Source of the DNA: an uncultured virus (IMG/VR IMGVR_UViG_3300020577_006910)
Taxonomy: Duplodnaviria > Heunggongvirae > Uroviricota > Caudoviricetes
IMG/VR virus record: IMGVR_UViG_3300020577_006910
Direction: 5' to 3' (one strand)
DNA length: 64,000 nt
Shown: positions 1 through 8,468 of the stretch, piece after piece
Numbering within the stretch: position 1 is the stretch's first letter
Layout: each line of letters starts with the position of its first letter
Translations under genes and position numbers: made by a program
Notes under the pieces: model-generated
What the model was told of the DNA's origin: nothing
Databases searched by the model: none
Seen by the model: the letters and a program-made list of their open reading frames with translations, nothing else

Positions 1-60
1 CAAGCATCCAGGTAAATACTTTGGATAATCACCCCATAAACTAAACGAAATAAGTTTCAT
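1..60 (-). CDS. 5' part of a gene running off the window (MKLISFSLWGDYPKYLPGCL...), putative glycosyltransferase-like protein
   Basis: Manual translation from ATG at 58-60. The ISFSLWG..PKY..G start resembles a conserved viral/bacterial family recalled from memory; only 20 codons are visible. Confidence 0.5.
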   Translation of the reverse strand, partial: MKLISFSLWGDYPKYLPGCL

Positions 61-109
61 TATGCCGTAAGAAGCCCGTTAAGGCGTCTTACAGCCCACA
101 ACACACAAA

Positions 110-424
110 GGAGCTGCGAGGGATCAAACCTCGTCTAGTCTACCACGTCTTAAGTCTTATTAAATCATAACAACCCCCTATTTTAACTCAATAAGTAAGG
201 GCTGCTTTACTTTTGAGCGAGGTTTGAATATTTAATGTTGTTTACTATAAACCCGCAAACAACACGAGTCTTGTTTTTTATAGGTGTAATCTAACTACAA
301 GACGTTTGTATAGATTACTGCAGAAATCCTGCATTCGAGCTGTAGCCCAGATGTTAACGTAGCTGAGCTTCCTACGGATTCAAGACAAGGCATAGGCGGA
401 CTAGCAATATCTTTATTCAGCTCC
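110..424 (-). ncRNA. ssrA: tmRNA (ssrA)-like RNA, atypical
   Basis: Acceptor stem GGAGCUG/CAGCUCC; T-arm CGAGG-UUUGAUC-CCUCG; P2 CUAGUCCGCC/GGUAGACUAG and GUCUU..GAAUC/GAUUU..AAGAC. PK1 CGUAG/CUACG + AGCUCAG/CUGGGCU; PK2 GUAAUCUA/UAGAUUAC + UCUUGU/ACAAGA; PK3 UGUUGUUU/AAACAACA + GCGGGUUU/AAACCUCGC; PK4 CUCAA..AAGUA/UACUU..UUGAG + GCAGCCC/GGGUUGU. 315 nt. Confidence 0.9.
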
Positions 425-432
425 AATTTCTA

Positions 433-636
433 TTAAATGAAAAGTGTTTTTGGTTTAAACCTGCTACCTCTCTCTATTGTATCGAATTCATGCCCGCATG
501 TATTACATTTATTAACCACTACTTTTTCTTCTTTGACAGGATCTACTGGACCGACCCACGTCGGATACATGTCATTACTTTGACATTTTGGACAGCGTTT
601 TTTTGTTTTAGTCCATGGATTTGTGACTGTTGGCAA
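433..636 (-). CDS. small zinc-ribbon protein (NrdR N-terminal-like)
   Basis: CPKC...CNTCGHEFDTIE; GGAG SD upstream of TTG start. Confidence 0.6.
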   Translation of the reverse strand: MPTVTNPWTKTKKRCPKCQSNDMYPTWVGPVDPVKEEKVVVNKCNTCGHEFDTIERGSRFKPKTLFI

Positions 637-675
637 GGTGGTCTCCGATAGCTAAAAAAATAGTATAAAGAAGAA

Positions 676-745
676 ATCAAAGCAGTGTGACTAGTTACTG
701 AATTAAGCGTTAAACGCATCAGTAAACTAGTCACACTGCTTTGAT
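676..745. repeat. long inverted repeat / RNA hairpin
   Basis: ATCAAAGCAGTGTGACTAGTT pairs perfectly (21 bp) with AACTAGTCACACTGCTTTGAT, extended by ACTGA/TCAGT. Confidence 0.9.
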
Positions 746-754
746 ATTTGAATA

Positions 755-1804
755 TTAAGCGGGGCTTGAGATAAGTCTGTAGGTAGAGGTAAAGTTTGCG
801 CTGTCTCTGTTTAGCGCATAGACATGAGCTCTACCCTCTTTACCTACTTGTTTGATGAGTTTTTCTTTGTGAGCTTTGCTCAACATTACCGACACATGTG
901 CCGGGCTTAGCCCAGGTAGCACTGGTTTAAGCTTTTGAAGTATTTGACTGCTTGTCAACTCGGCATCGCACAGACATCCAAGCGCCTGATCGGTAAGCGT
1001 ACTAAGCCTGTTGGACTTACGTCTAACAAGCAATGTTTTCTTCTTCTGAGCAGGTGTTTCTTTTGGAAGTGTCTTAAGCGTACTGTGTAGCGTATCAGAT
1101 ATTTTTTCAGATCCGCTTGACATACGCTTATCGTATTTTTCAACGATTTCCAAAAGCTGCCTCAGCACAGGTTTAAGCGCAGCTACGAGCTCGCCTTCAG
1201 AACCGCTTACTGTGCCAACGTTGACCGTGATTTCAACATTTTGAGTAGAGGTGATAGATGGTGGAGTTGCACTGGAGTACACAGGCGTGTTTTCACCAAG
1301 GTACATGAATGCCTGCTCCTTGGGGAAATACACCAGATCCTCATCGTTAGCCGACAAACTTTCCCAAAGATGAACTACCTGGGAAAGCGTAAACAGTGCC
1401 GCCTGGTTTGGATTGTTTGACCACACGCCTCGTGGGGTATATACCTGATTTGTTCTACCACAAATCAGTATATACTTAATTGCATCGTCTGTCTGTTTTA
1501 GCAACAAAGCCGGATTTTTGTCGCTATCAACGCGACCAGAGTTAAGACACGCATCTAGGTCTACATTGATCTCGGTGGCCAGCAAACGCATGGCCGCTTC
1601 CCACAGTCTGACTGTATGGAACTCCACCGTCTCAGCCTTACCGTGACCAAACGGTTGTATCACAAACTTTTCGCCTTGTACACCTAAAAGACGAGCTTTG
1701 TGATAATGTGAGCTGATACCTTCACCAGGGTCTGAGCGAAGATAGACCCTTGGAAAAGTACGCAACAAACTCTTTGCTGCTTCGCTAGACAATACCTTGT
1801 TCAT
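755..1804 (-). CDS. hypothetical protein with C-terminal winged-helix DNA-binding domain
   Basis: C-terminal LTSSQILQKL...HVSVMLSKAHKEKLIKQVGKEGRAHVYAL fits a BlaI-like wHTH; GGGAG SD. Confidence 0.6.
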   Translation of the reverse strand: MNKVLSSEAAKSLLRTFPRVYLRSDPGEGISSHYHKARLLGVQGEKFVIQPFGHGKAETVEFHTVRLWEAAMRLLATEINVDLDACLNSGRVDSDKNPALLLKQTDDAIKYILICGRTNQVYTPRGVWSNNPNQAALFTLSQVVHLWESLSANDEDLVYFPKEQAFMYLGENTPVYSSATPPSITSTQNVEITVNVGTVSGSEGELVAALKPVLRQLLEIVEKYDKRMSSGSEKISDTLHSTLKTLPKETPAQKKKTLLVRRKSNRLSTLTDQALGCLCDAELTSSQILQKLKPVLPGLSPAHVSVMLSKAHKEKLIKQVGKEGRAHVYALNRDSANFTSTYRLISSPA

Positions 1805-1819
1805 AAAAATATTCTCCCG

Positions 1820-2224
1820 CTAAAGATAGCCCATCTATCTTTAGAAACGCTTACCGGTCTCTGTACGAGACCGGTAAACTTATTTATACTCGTCACTTAA
1901 GCCGAGTTTGATGTCGCATACAGCAGCTACTTTGAACCGAGCGCTCGGGCATTTGGCACGCTGTATACTATCTACCTTGATCAGAGGTAGACCTGAAATT
2001 TACGGCCATCTGAGTCCTGATAATATGCAATACCCATCACGCATTGCATATTTTAGACGAACTCAGAAGAAAGTAAAGAATCAGTAACCTTTCACCACAT
2101 CTAATGGTTAAGGCTCTCTCTTGTTCAAACCTTGACAGCCTGAACAAGAGATTGTTACCGGTAGTCGCTGATTTCAGTGACTACCGGTAAGCTAATAAAC
2201 AAGGCTTTTTTAGGGCCTTGTTTT
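1820..2224 (-). ncRNA. putative structured RNA (about 10 consecutive hairpins) directly downstream of the Ro60 gene
   Basis: No ORF; stems at 1820-1844, 1851-1877, 1888-1907, ~1917-1968, 1971-1991, 2009-2067, 2085-2110, 2117-2151, 2155-2190, 2197-2224. Most G.U extensions favour the minus strand. Confidence 0.55.
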
Positions 2225-2283
2225 AGATGCTAAATGTGCCTTCATAGTATGATGACGCATTTTTGGCGTTATTTTAGGTATAT

Positions 2284-3897
2284 TTAGAAGCCTGAAACAA
2301 ACTCGGAAATAAGCTGTGGAACGGCGGAATCGAACCCTACCACGTCCATTGACCCTGCATCGTTGGGGTCGGCTACGCTGTATTCAGTAGCTGTTGCGGC
2401 AACGCAGATAAGCTTAGCGTCTATACCCATAGACTGCCTATATTGTTTAAGCGCTTCGTGTGGCTTAATAGTACCTAAATTGGCTTCATTATCAGTATAA
2501 ACGACAAAAGCGTCTACGGGCATCTTACGTGCCTGCGCATCCAGGATTATGGAAGCGGGGTTTGTTGCGCCAAAGCTTATAGCCGACATACGAGTTATTA
2601 CACTATTTACCGTATCGTTGGAATTTATAGCAAAAGGCACTAAATCAGAACTAAATGCACTGCTGTAATAATTGGGTTCCGTTTTAGCCATAATAAGGCT
2701 CATAGCAGCGCAGACGTCTCGCGCTGTAAGCGGTAGATTTCTAACTGGATTTGAACGCATAGAACCAGATACATCTAAACCTAGATAAAAACGTTTATTG
2801 GTAGGTTCAACTGTTTTAAAAGATAACCTAAACGCTTCATCTAAAGCGTTATTAATCTGAGGAATAGGTACCCAAGTACTGGACGTACCTTCGCCTTTAG
2901 AATAGGTGTTCATAGCAATTAAAACATGAATAGGGTGTATTCTAGCATCTTTTAACTGTTCAACGTCAGTTATACGAGCTACGACGTTTGATACGTTTTT
3001 AGATAAAGGTTTAAGTACACCATATTTAGTAAGCCTACCTAATGTTCGGATAAGCGCCGTCATAGGAAGGTTAGGCAATAGTGCTTCCCAGATCTCGGGA
3101 TCACCTGCGAATTTTTTAGGTATCATTTCATGCGTAATTGCACTATTTTGAGTGACAAGATCAACTATCTTTTTGACATCATCAGCCTTTTGCATCTCTT
3201 CATATACGTTAATTAATTTAGGTAGCTTTTCAGTTGTTTTACCGTAGATAATATATTTGTAGAGATCAGAATACACCTCATTAGGTGGTGTAGGTCGTAC
3301 TTTGCGTAAAAGATCTTTATGGGACCACGCACTTCGCGCAACCCCTTCCTCTATAACCCGGCTTTTGTATTTAAGAATTTGATACGCGACATTGTCTACT
3401 GGTTGTTTTGTATAAAAATTAGCAATTGCTTTACGTAGACCGCTTCCCCAATCACGCAATGCATCGCTGTAATGGGCAAACTCAAAAAGGTGCGTACCTA
3501 TACGAGCTACTTGAGGTAATACCGAATAAGCAGCAATTCTTGTAGCTAAGTCACCGTGAGCGGCTGCAGCAGCTAACGCAAATAAAGCAGGGGAGTTTTT
3601 GGGAGCCCTACCACTTTTGCTTATATCGCATATGAGTCTGACAGTAGCTAATCCATTGTTCTTAATACAATTAAGTAAATTACTTGCATTATCCGTAGTC
3701 AACTTACGTGAGTCACAATAATACGTAGGTCGTTCACTTCCTAATATAAGAAAACGAACAAGCTGGGCTTGTTCGTTTATTTTAAATACGTAACCACCTG
3801 CGTTATTTTCAACCATACCAGGTACAGGAGTTGTTTGGCTAGTAACTTTTTTTATTTTTCTAGAGATATCACCGGACATAGATCCGTACTGACTCAT
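2284..3897 (-). CDS. rsr: Ro60/Rsr TROVE-domain RNA-binding protein
   Basis: NNAGGYVF, LVRFLILGS, SGRAPKNSPALFALA, RIGTHLFEF, WGSGLRKA, WSHKDLLR, ARIHP, vWA MIDAS DVSGSM, YTDNE, DVVGFD. Confidence 0.95.
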   Translation of the reverse strand: MSQYGSMSGDISRKIKKVTSQTTPVPGMVENNAGGYVFKINEQAQLVRFLILGSERPTYYCDSRKLTTDNASNLLNCIKNNGLATVRLICDISKSGRAPKNSPALFALAAAAAHGDLATRIAAYSVLPQVARIGTHLFEFAHYSDALRDWGSGLRKAIANFYTKQPVDNVAYQILKYKSRVIEEGVARSAWSHKDLLRKVRPTPPNEVYSDLYKYIIYGKTTEKLPKLINVYEEMQKADDVKKIVDLVTQNSAITHEMIPKKFAGDPEIWEALLPNLPMTALIRTLGRLTKYGVLKPLSKNVSNVVARITDVEQLKDARIHPIHVLIAMNTYSKGEGTSSTWVPIPQINNALDEAFRLSFKTVEPTNKRFYLGLDVSGSMRSNPVRNLPLTARDVCAAMSLIMAKTEPNYYSSAFSSDLVPFAINSNDTVNSVITRMSAISFGATNPASIILDAQARKMPVDAFVVYTDNEANLGTIKPHEALKQYRQSMGIDAKLICVAATATEYSVADPNDAGSMDVVGFDSAVPQLISEFVSGF

Positions 3898-3922
3898 TTC
3901 AACTCCTTAGAGGAATAACCGA

Positions 3923-4711
3923 TCAAGCCTTTCCAGACGGCGTGGAATCACCGTCATCATCTTCCTCGTCGCTATTATCATCAAAATATGCGCCACCAAA
4001 ATCCAAACCAGGGTCTCTTGGCTTAAGCTCAGATAGCTTTACTTGGTGGCCTCTGCTGTCATATATAGCGTATTTAACTATTGCCACATATTTGTTACCT
4101 ACTATTTCACTATATTGCGTAGATTCAACAAACTTTACAGCTGTTTTACGAATAGCAGATAATTTAAGCTCTTCTTGTTTAATTCCATACATCATGGATT
4201 CTAAATCGTCGGCTTCGGCCATAACTATACTGCTATCGCCGTAAAACGCTAGTAACTTGTAATTACAGCGTTTAGGTAGCTTAAGCGGGGAATATCCGTT
4301 TACAGAATCGATTTGCAATAAAGTAGAATCAGGCAAATTAGGAGAGTGTAATACACGTCCTCCCATAGTACTGATTCTGACATATATTTTATCTAAACTT
4401 GGCATTACATTAGTGTCCGGTGAGTACTCTACTAAATCTGGATTAGCGTATTTCATTATATTAAACATACTTACAGCATCGCAGACAGAGCCCAAATCCA
4501 TACTCTTAACAATTATCTCATTGGATTTACGATGCTTTGTTGTAATGGTAAGACGAGCTACCCCATTCTCGGGAAAGTCTTTATCTACACCGTGTAAAGG
4601 AAAACGAAAATCTTTATTATTTATAGAATGGCTGACGCCATAAACATCGGCTAATGCTTTTGATAGTTTTTCAAGTTTATCTTTATCTGGGTTATCAGGT
4701 GTGGTTGTCAT
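3923..4711 (-). CDS. hypothetical protein with acidic C-terminal tail
   Basis: Long ORF; start probably MTTTPDN (4711) rather than 4795. Confidence 0.7.
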   Translation of the reverse strand: MTTTPDNPDKDKLEKLSKALADVYGVSHSINNKDFRFPLHGVDKDFPENGVARLTITTKHRKSNEIIVKSMDLGSVCDAVSMFNIMKYANPDLVEYSPDTNVMPSLDKIYVRISTMGGRVLHSPNLPDSTLLQIDSVNGYSPLKLPKRCNYKLLAFYGDSSIVMAEADDLESMMYGIKQEELKLSAIRKTAVKFVESTQYSEIVGNKYVAIVKYAIYDSRGHQVKLSELKPRDPGLDFGGAYFDDNSDEEDDDGDSTPSGKA

Positions 4712-4837
4712 GAGGCATCCTATGATCCAGCTTGAAAGCCGAAGATAAGCAAAGAGAGAAACAGTGCTCCAAGTGCAATGCACACGATGTACCAAGCTTT
4801 TTTAGTGCAATCTTTACGATGTTTTGGAGTGTAGTCT

Positions 4838-5593
4838 TTAAGCATTAGGTAGACCCAAATCGCAAATTTCATCTCCAGACAATTGTTTCTTTTTTGTTGC
4901 GATTAGATAGTCTCCGTATAACGTTTTAGCATGTTCTGCTGAGAGATAAGTTTTGGCAAATAAATCGTAACCTTGATTAGGTAACAATCTGGAGCTGAGT
5001 TGTTGAGATTCAATTTTTTTCCAGTGTTCCAGATCAGGTCGTTCAAAAGTAAACTTAAACCAAATACCGTTAACTCGAATATATCGAATTAAAGGATCTT
5101 TAGAAATAACTACGTTAGGATCTTTAAACACACGACGCGAAATCTTACTGTAGGTACTGGTTGAATATTTTAGCAAAACACCGTCACTGACATAAAAATC
5201 ACCGTCTCGCAGTTCTAGGTCTATCTTGTAAATAGACACAGGATAATACAGTTTATTACCTACAACCCTATAGTTAAGATATACCAATTCCTTAAAAGCC
5301 GCGCGTACATAGGGGTTTTTGTATTTATGACAAATATCAGACCAGACATCATTCCATTTAAAACCTATTTGTGCGTTAAGCCATTTACGCACAAATGTAT
5401 AGTTAATGTTATTGGGCTTATCGCCCCATTTATTATGCAGTTTTTTAAGAGCAGATAACGGCACTAAATTTACATACCTATCGTACTCAAACAAAGTATC
5501 TACGCGTATACGTGATTTACGCGTAAATTTTTTTGACTCGCTGCTATTAGAAAAAATACGCTCGTCTCGAACACCCGTGTTTCGTCTAAGCAT
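4838..5593 (-). CDS. conserved hypothetical protein
   Basis: RKWLNAQIGFKWNDVWSDIC, FYVSDGVL and KKQLSGDEICDLGL resemble a conserved uncharacterised family (recalled, not searched); AAGGAG SD. Confidence 0.7.
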   Translation of the reverse strand: MLRRNTGVRDERIFSNSSESKKFTRKSRIRVDTLFEYDRYVNLVPLSALKKLHNKWGDKPNNINYTFVRKWLNAQIGFKWNDVWSDICHKYKNPYVRAAFKELVYLNYRVVGNKLYYPVSIYKIDLELRDGDFYVSDGVLLKYSTSTYSKISRRVFKDPNVVISKDPLIRYIRVNGIWFKFTFERPDLEHWKKIESQQLSSRLLPNQGYDLFAKTYLSAEHAKTLYGDYLIATKKKQLSGDEICDLGLPNA

Positions 5594-5612
5594 ACAGGCT
5601 CCTTTAACCTAA

Positions 5613-5683
5613 TAACCCTACCTGAATTTGAATCAGGACTGACGCTTTCAAAGAGCGGCGTGCTACCATTACACCATAGGGTC
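5613..5683 (-). tRNA. tRNA-Gln (UUG)
   Basis: GACCCTA/TAGGGTT acceptor; D-arm GTGT-AATGGTA-GCAC; anticodon loop CT-TTG-AA; T-arm CCTGA-TTCAAAT-TCAGG; no encoded CCA. Confidence 0.9.
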
Positions 5684-6068
5684 ATAGATTTGCCTGACTG
5701 TCATGTAATACAGCATGACAATTATGGCAAATGACGTCGCATTTAGCGATCTCTAGGTATACTTCATCTAGAGTTTTACCGATTCTACCGGCTTCAGAGA
5801 TATTAAATTCTTTGGAATTACGATCTCTATGATGAAAACCCAGACAAGCTGGGCGAGATTCGCCACACTTAACGCACTTACTCACTTTTTTAATCTTTAG
5901 TACCTCATCACGAATTTCATTTCTGCGTTCTTTTGTGTTTAAAGGGGATTTTTTAGGATTTACGTATTGCCCACAAGTAACACATCTACAGTTTTTAGTT
6001 ACTACGGGTTTAGCTTTATGTGGGTTACGTCCCCCGAACTTACTGATGGTACGATGCTTCTTACGCAT
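5682..6068 (-). CDS. HNH endonuclease
   Basis: CVKCGE...LGFHHRD...EIAKCDVICHNCHAVLH. Confidence 0.88.
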   Translation of the reverse strand: MRKKHRTISKFGGRNPHKAKPVVTKNCRCVTCGQYVNPKKSPLNTKERRNEIRDEVLKIKKVSKCVKCGESRPACLGFHHRDRNSKEFNISEAGRIGKTLDEVYLEIAKCDVICHNCHAVLHDSQANL

Positions 6069-6069
6069 A

Positions 6070-6549
6070 TTATTTCACATTGTCTACGGTTTCTATGGTG
6101 AATACACTATCTTTTACATACGTAAATATTTTAGAGTTTTCTATCTTAGGTATAAAAACAGTTAACTCTATTGCTTTTGAAGTATCTACGGGATCCATAC
6201 CACGTATTACTACTGCGTTTATTTCGTATAGATTGAAATCTTTTTTAAACTTAAGGCGTAAACACCATTCTTTAAATTTGTCGTATAGGTCCTTAGCAAC
6301 AGACTGAAAGTTATTTATTTTAGTATCGTTAAAAGATAACAAAACATTACGACTCATATATTCTTTATATAGAGTCTGATCAGTGCAGTTTGTATCTATA
6401 CAAAACTGACCCCATAAATCAACATAATCTGTCAGAGTGTATATAGGCGATAAAATAAAAAAACAACGATCGGATGAATAAGCAGCTAAACAATGTTTCA
6501 GCTCACTTATCTCATACCGCCGTTGATCATTTTGTAATAGATAATCCAT
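6070..6549 (-). CDS. hypothetical protein
   Basis: ORF in tightly packed operon. Confidence 0.65.
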   Translation of the reverse strand: MDYLLQNDQRRYEISELKHCLAAYSSDRCFFILSPIYTLTDYVDLWGQFCIDTNCTDQTLYKEYMSRNVLLSFNDTKINNFQSVAKDLYDKFKEWCLRLKFKKDFNLYEINAVVIRGMDPVDTSKAIELTVFIPKIENSKIFTYVKDSVFTIETVDNVK

Positions 6550-6555
6550 AAATAA

Positions 6556-7077
6556 TTACATTAAGCGATTAACCCAATACTTAAGCCTATCTCTAATACC
6601 GGCAAAATATCTAGTGTCTGAATCAGTTACAGCTTGCAACGACTCCGGGCTACCGTACAGAAATGGTTTGTATGTACCGGCTTTTGCCTCATTGCAATAG
6701 TGACAATAAGCTGACATCGTTACACACATAAAAGCATACGATAGAACAGATAGCGCGCCATGATCTAGTTTATCAAAAGCTCGGGCTTTACAAATTGCCT
6801 TAATACTATCTGTTTTATCTGGCGCGGCTATATCTTGAATAATTTTATTAATACTATCTACCGTATCGTAAAAAGCTTGCATAGATACCACCTTATCTTC
6901 GTAAAACATTCTTTTAAGATAAGGATCCTGTTCCTTCAAGCGATTAACAAACACAACCGCTTTTTCTAAAAAAGGAATATAGTTATGAAAAAGATCTCTT
7001 GAAGGGCTTAACCACACTTCTCCGTGTGTACCCTTAGCATGAACATCCGATCCGTTAGGAGCTTTTAATTGAAACAT
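6556..7077 (-). CDS. hypothetical protein
   Basis: ORF in operon, GAGGT SD. Confidence 0.7.
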   Translation of the reverse strand: MFQLKAPNGSDVHAKGTHGEVWLSPSRDLFHNYIPFLEKAVVFVNRLKEQDPYLKRMFYEDKVVSMQAFYDTVDSINKIIQDIAAPDKTDSIKAICKARAFDKLDHGALSVLSYAFMCVTMSAYCHYCNEAKAGTYKPFLYGSPESLQAVTDSDTRYFAGIRDRLKYWVNRLM

Positions 7078-7083
7078 ATGACC

Positions 7084-7758
7084 TCACATTGAAGACTCTG
7101 CGAGTCTTTGATTCCTATATTTAGTTTTGTTAATTTTTTTTAGATATTCTGAACAATGTAACTGACTACACTGTTCTACGTTGGTATGTTTATTAAACCA
7201 CATGTTTGCGTAAAAACAACAGTTTAATAAATCTGATATTTCACCTTCGTCATTTCTACGGTTGTTTATACCAGATTCACGCAATAGATAATCTATATGC
7301 GTGTCCGCTGATTTCTTAATTATGTACAAGGATTTACGCCCGTAAGCAGGCCCCCATATAGATAGACAGTTTATGTATACGATTAAATCAATTATCTGTA
7401 TATCTTCGATTTTAACGCACGTCAGATAACTAGCTTCCTCGTTTAGTGCTTTTAACGGAGGGCATGCTTTGTTATGTTGAAGTTCGTTAAAATTATGAGC
7501 GACATATAAATACATTTGTAATAGTAATCTATTAGTGATTACCTTATTTGCATAGCCGGATAGAGTGGCTTGAATAGTAGCGATGTCCACTATGTGTTGT
7601 TTAGTGGATAACGTGTTAGCTATAATTCCGCATATACCTAAAAACAATTTACCGTTTAAGGTATAACCTAAAAAATCATATTTAGGTAAACTCTCTAATT
7701 TTTCAAGTATTTTTACGGCTTTATTAAAATTAACCGGCAAAGTACTTGCGGAGTCCAT
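7084..7758 (-). CDS. hypothetical protein
   Basis: ORF in operon, GGAG SD. Confidence 0.7.
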   Translation of the reverse strand: MDSASTLPVNFNKAVKILEKLESLPKYDFLGYTLNGKLFLGICGIIANTLSTKQHIVDIATIQATLSGYANKVITNRLLLQMYLYVAHNFNELQHNKACPPLKALNEEASYLTCVKIEDIQIIDLIVYINCLSIWGPAYGRKSLYIIKKSADTHIDYLLRESGINNRRNDEGEISDLLNCCFYANMWFNKHTNVEQCSQLHCSEYLKKINKTKYRNQRLAESSM

Positions 7759-7916
7759 TATTCTGCTCCACCTTTAGACACTTTATATACAAGCGTAGTT
7801 TTGGTCTTATTAAAACGCGTACATTTAGCGCAGATTCTGTTACCTGGTCCAGTGCTTTCAAATAGTTTACAGCAGCTTAAACAGGTACGTTTTTTCTTGT
7901 TTTTGTTTTGACCCAT
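7758..7916 (-). CDS. small zinc-finger protein (52 aa, below ORF-track cutoff)
   Basis: Manual translation MGQNKNKKKRTCLSCCKLFESTGPGNRICAKCTRF...; stop overlaps next ATG. Confidence 0.75.
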   Translation of the reverse strand: MGQNKNKKKRTCLSCCKLFESTGPGNRICAKCTRFNKTKTTLVYKVSKGGAE

Positions 7917-7937
7917 CGCTACATTTTAGCGATCGCG

Positions 7938-8468
7938 TCAGATTTCGTCAATACGTCTAACTTGACCTGGATCAATAAAAGAAGGTCTACCTGCGGCTTC
8001 ATGCAAACCAGTTGACGGGGTCTTTTTAAATGATTCTGGTCGCATAGACCAAGTTCTTTCGGCTGTCATAAGTTGCTGTTCAAACTGTTTAATCGCGGGA
8101 GTGTTATACAGCTTGCCTCGCGCTCTACCGTTTTTAATGGCCGCATCAAATGTGGATTTGGTTAACCAGACGTCGTATTGCACCACATGTTTATCTGCTC
8201 CAGCTGTTTCGGCTAATATAAACTTAAGCAGCTCAGCAGCACGGATAAGCGCGTCTGCACGGTGGACTGTGTGAACAGCGCCGCTTTCCATGTAATAACC
8301 TATGTAATCCGAATCAGGCATAGATTCTACTTTGACAACTTTACCGTCGGCTTTAGATAATACTTTTTGATTAAAAGCCATGGAAGCTTCTAATCTACGC
8401 GTCTCTTCCTCTTTGGGGATAGGCGTACCTGGAAAAATGATGTCATTACTATCGTTGTTAGTATTCAT
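7938..8468 (-). CDS. hypothetical protein
   Basis: ORF, ATGA overlap with upstream gene. Confidence 0.7.
   Translation of the reverse strand: MNTNNDSNDIIFPGTPIPKEEETRRLEASMAFNQKVLSKADGKVVKVESMPDSDYIGYYMESGAVHTVHRADALIRAAELLKFILAETAGADKHVVQYDVWLTKSTFDAAIKNGRARGKLYNTPAIKQFEQQLMTAERTWSMRPESFKKTPSTGLHEAAGRPSFIDPGQVRRIDEI

Noticed and set aside
64..95. Hairpin after the tmRNA as an intrinsic terminator
   Set aside because: The stem is real but lacks a U-tract on the minus strand and sits directly before an ATG; role unclear.
543..734. 63-aa minus-strand ORF
   Set aside because: Runs through the 676-745 hairpin and overlaps the better-supported Zn-ribbon gene.
5500..5685. 61-aa ORF
   Set aside because: Coincides with tRNA-Gln.
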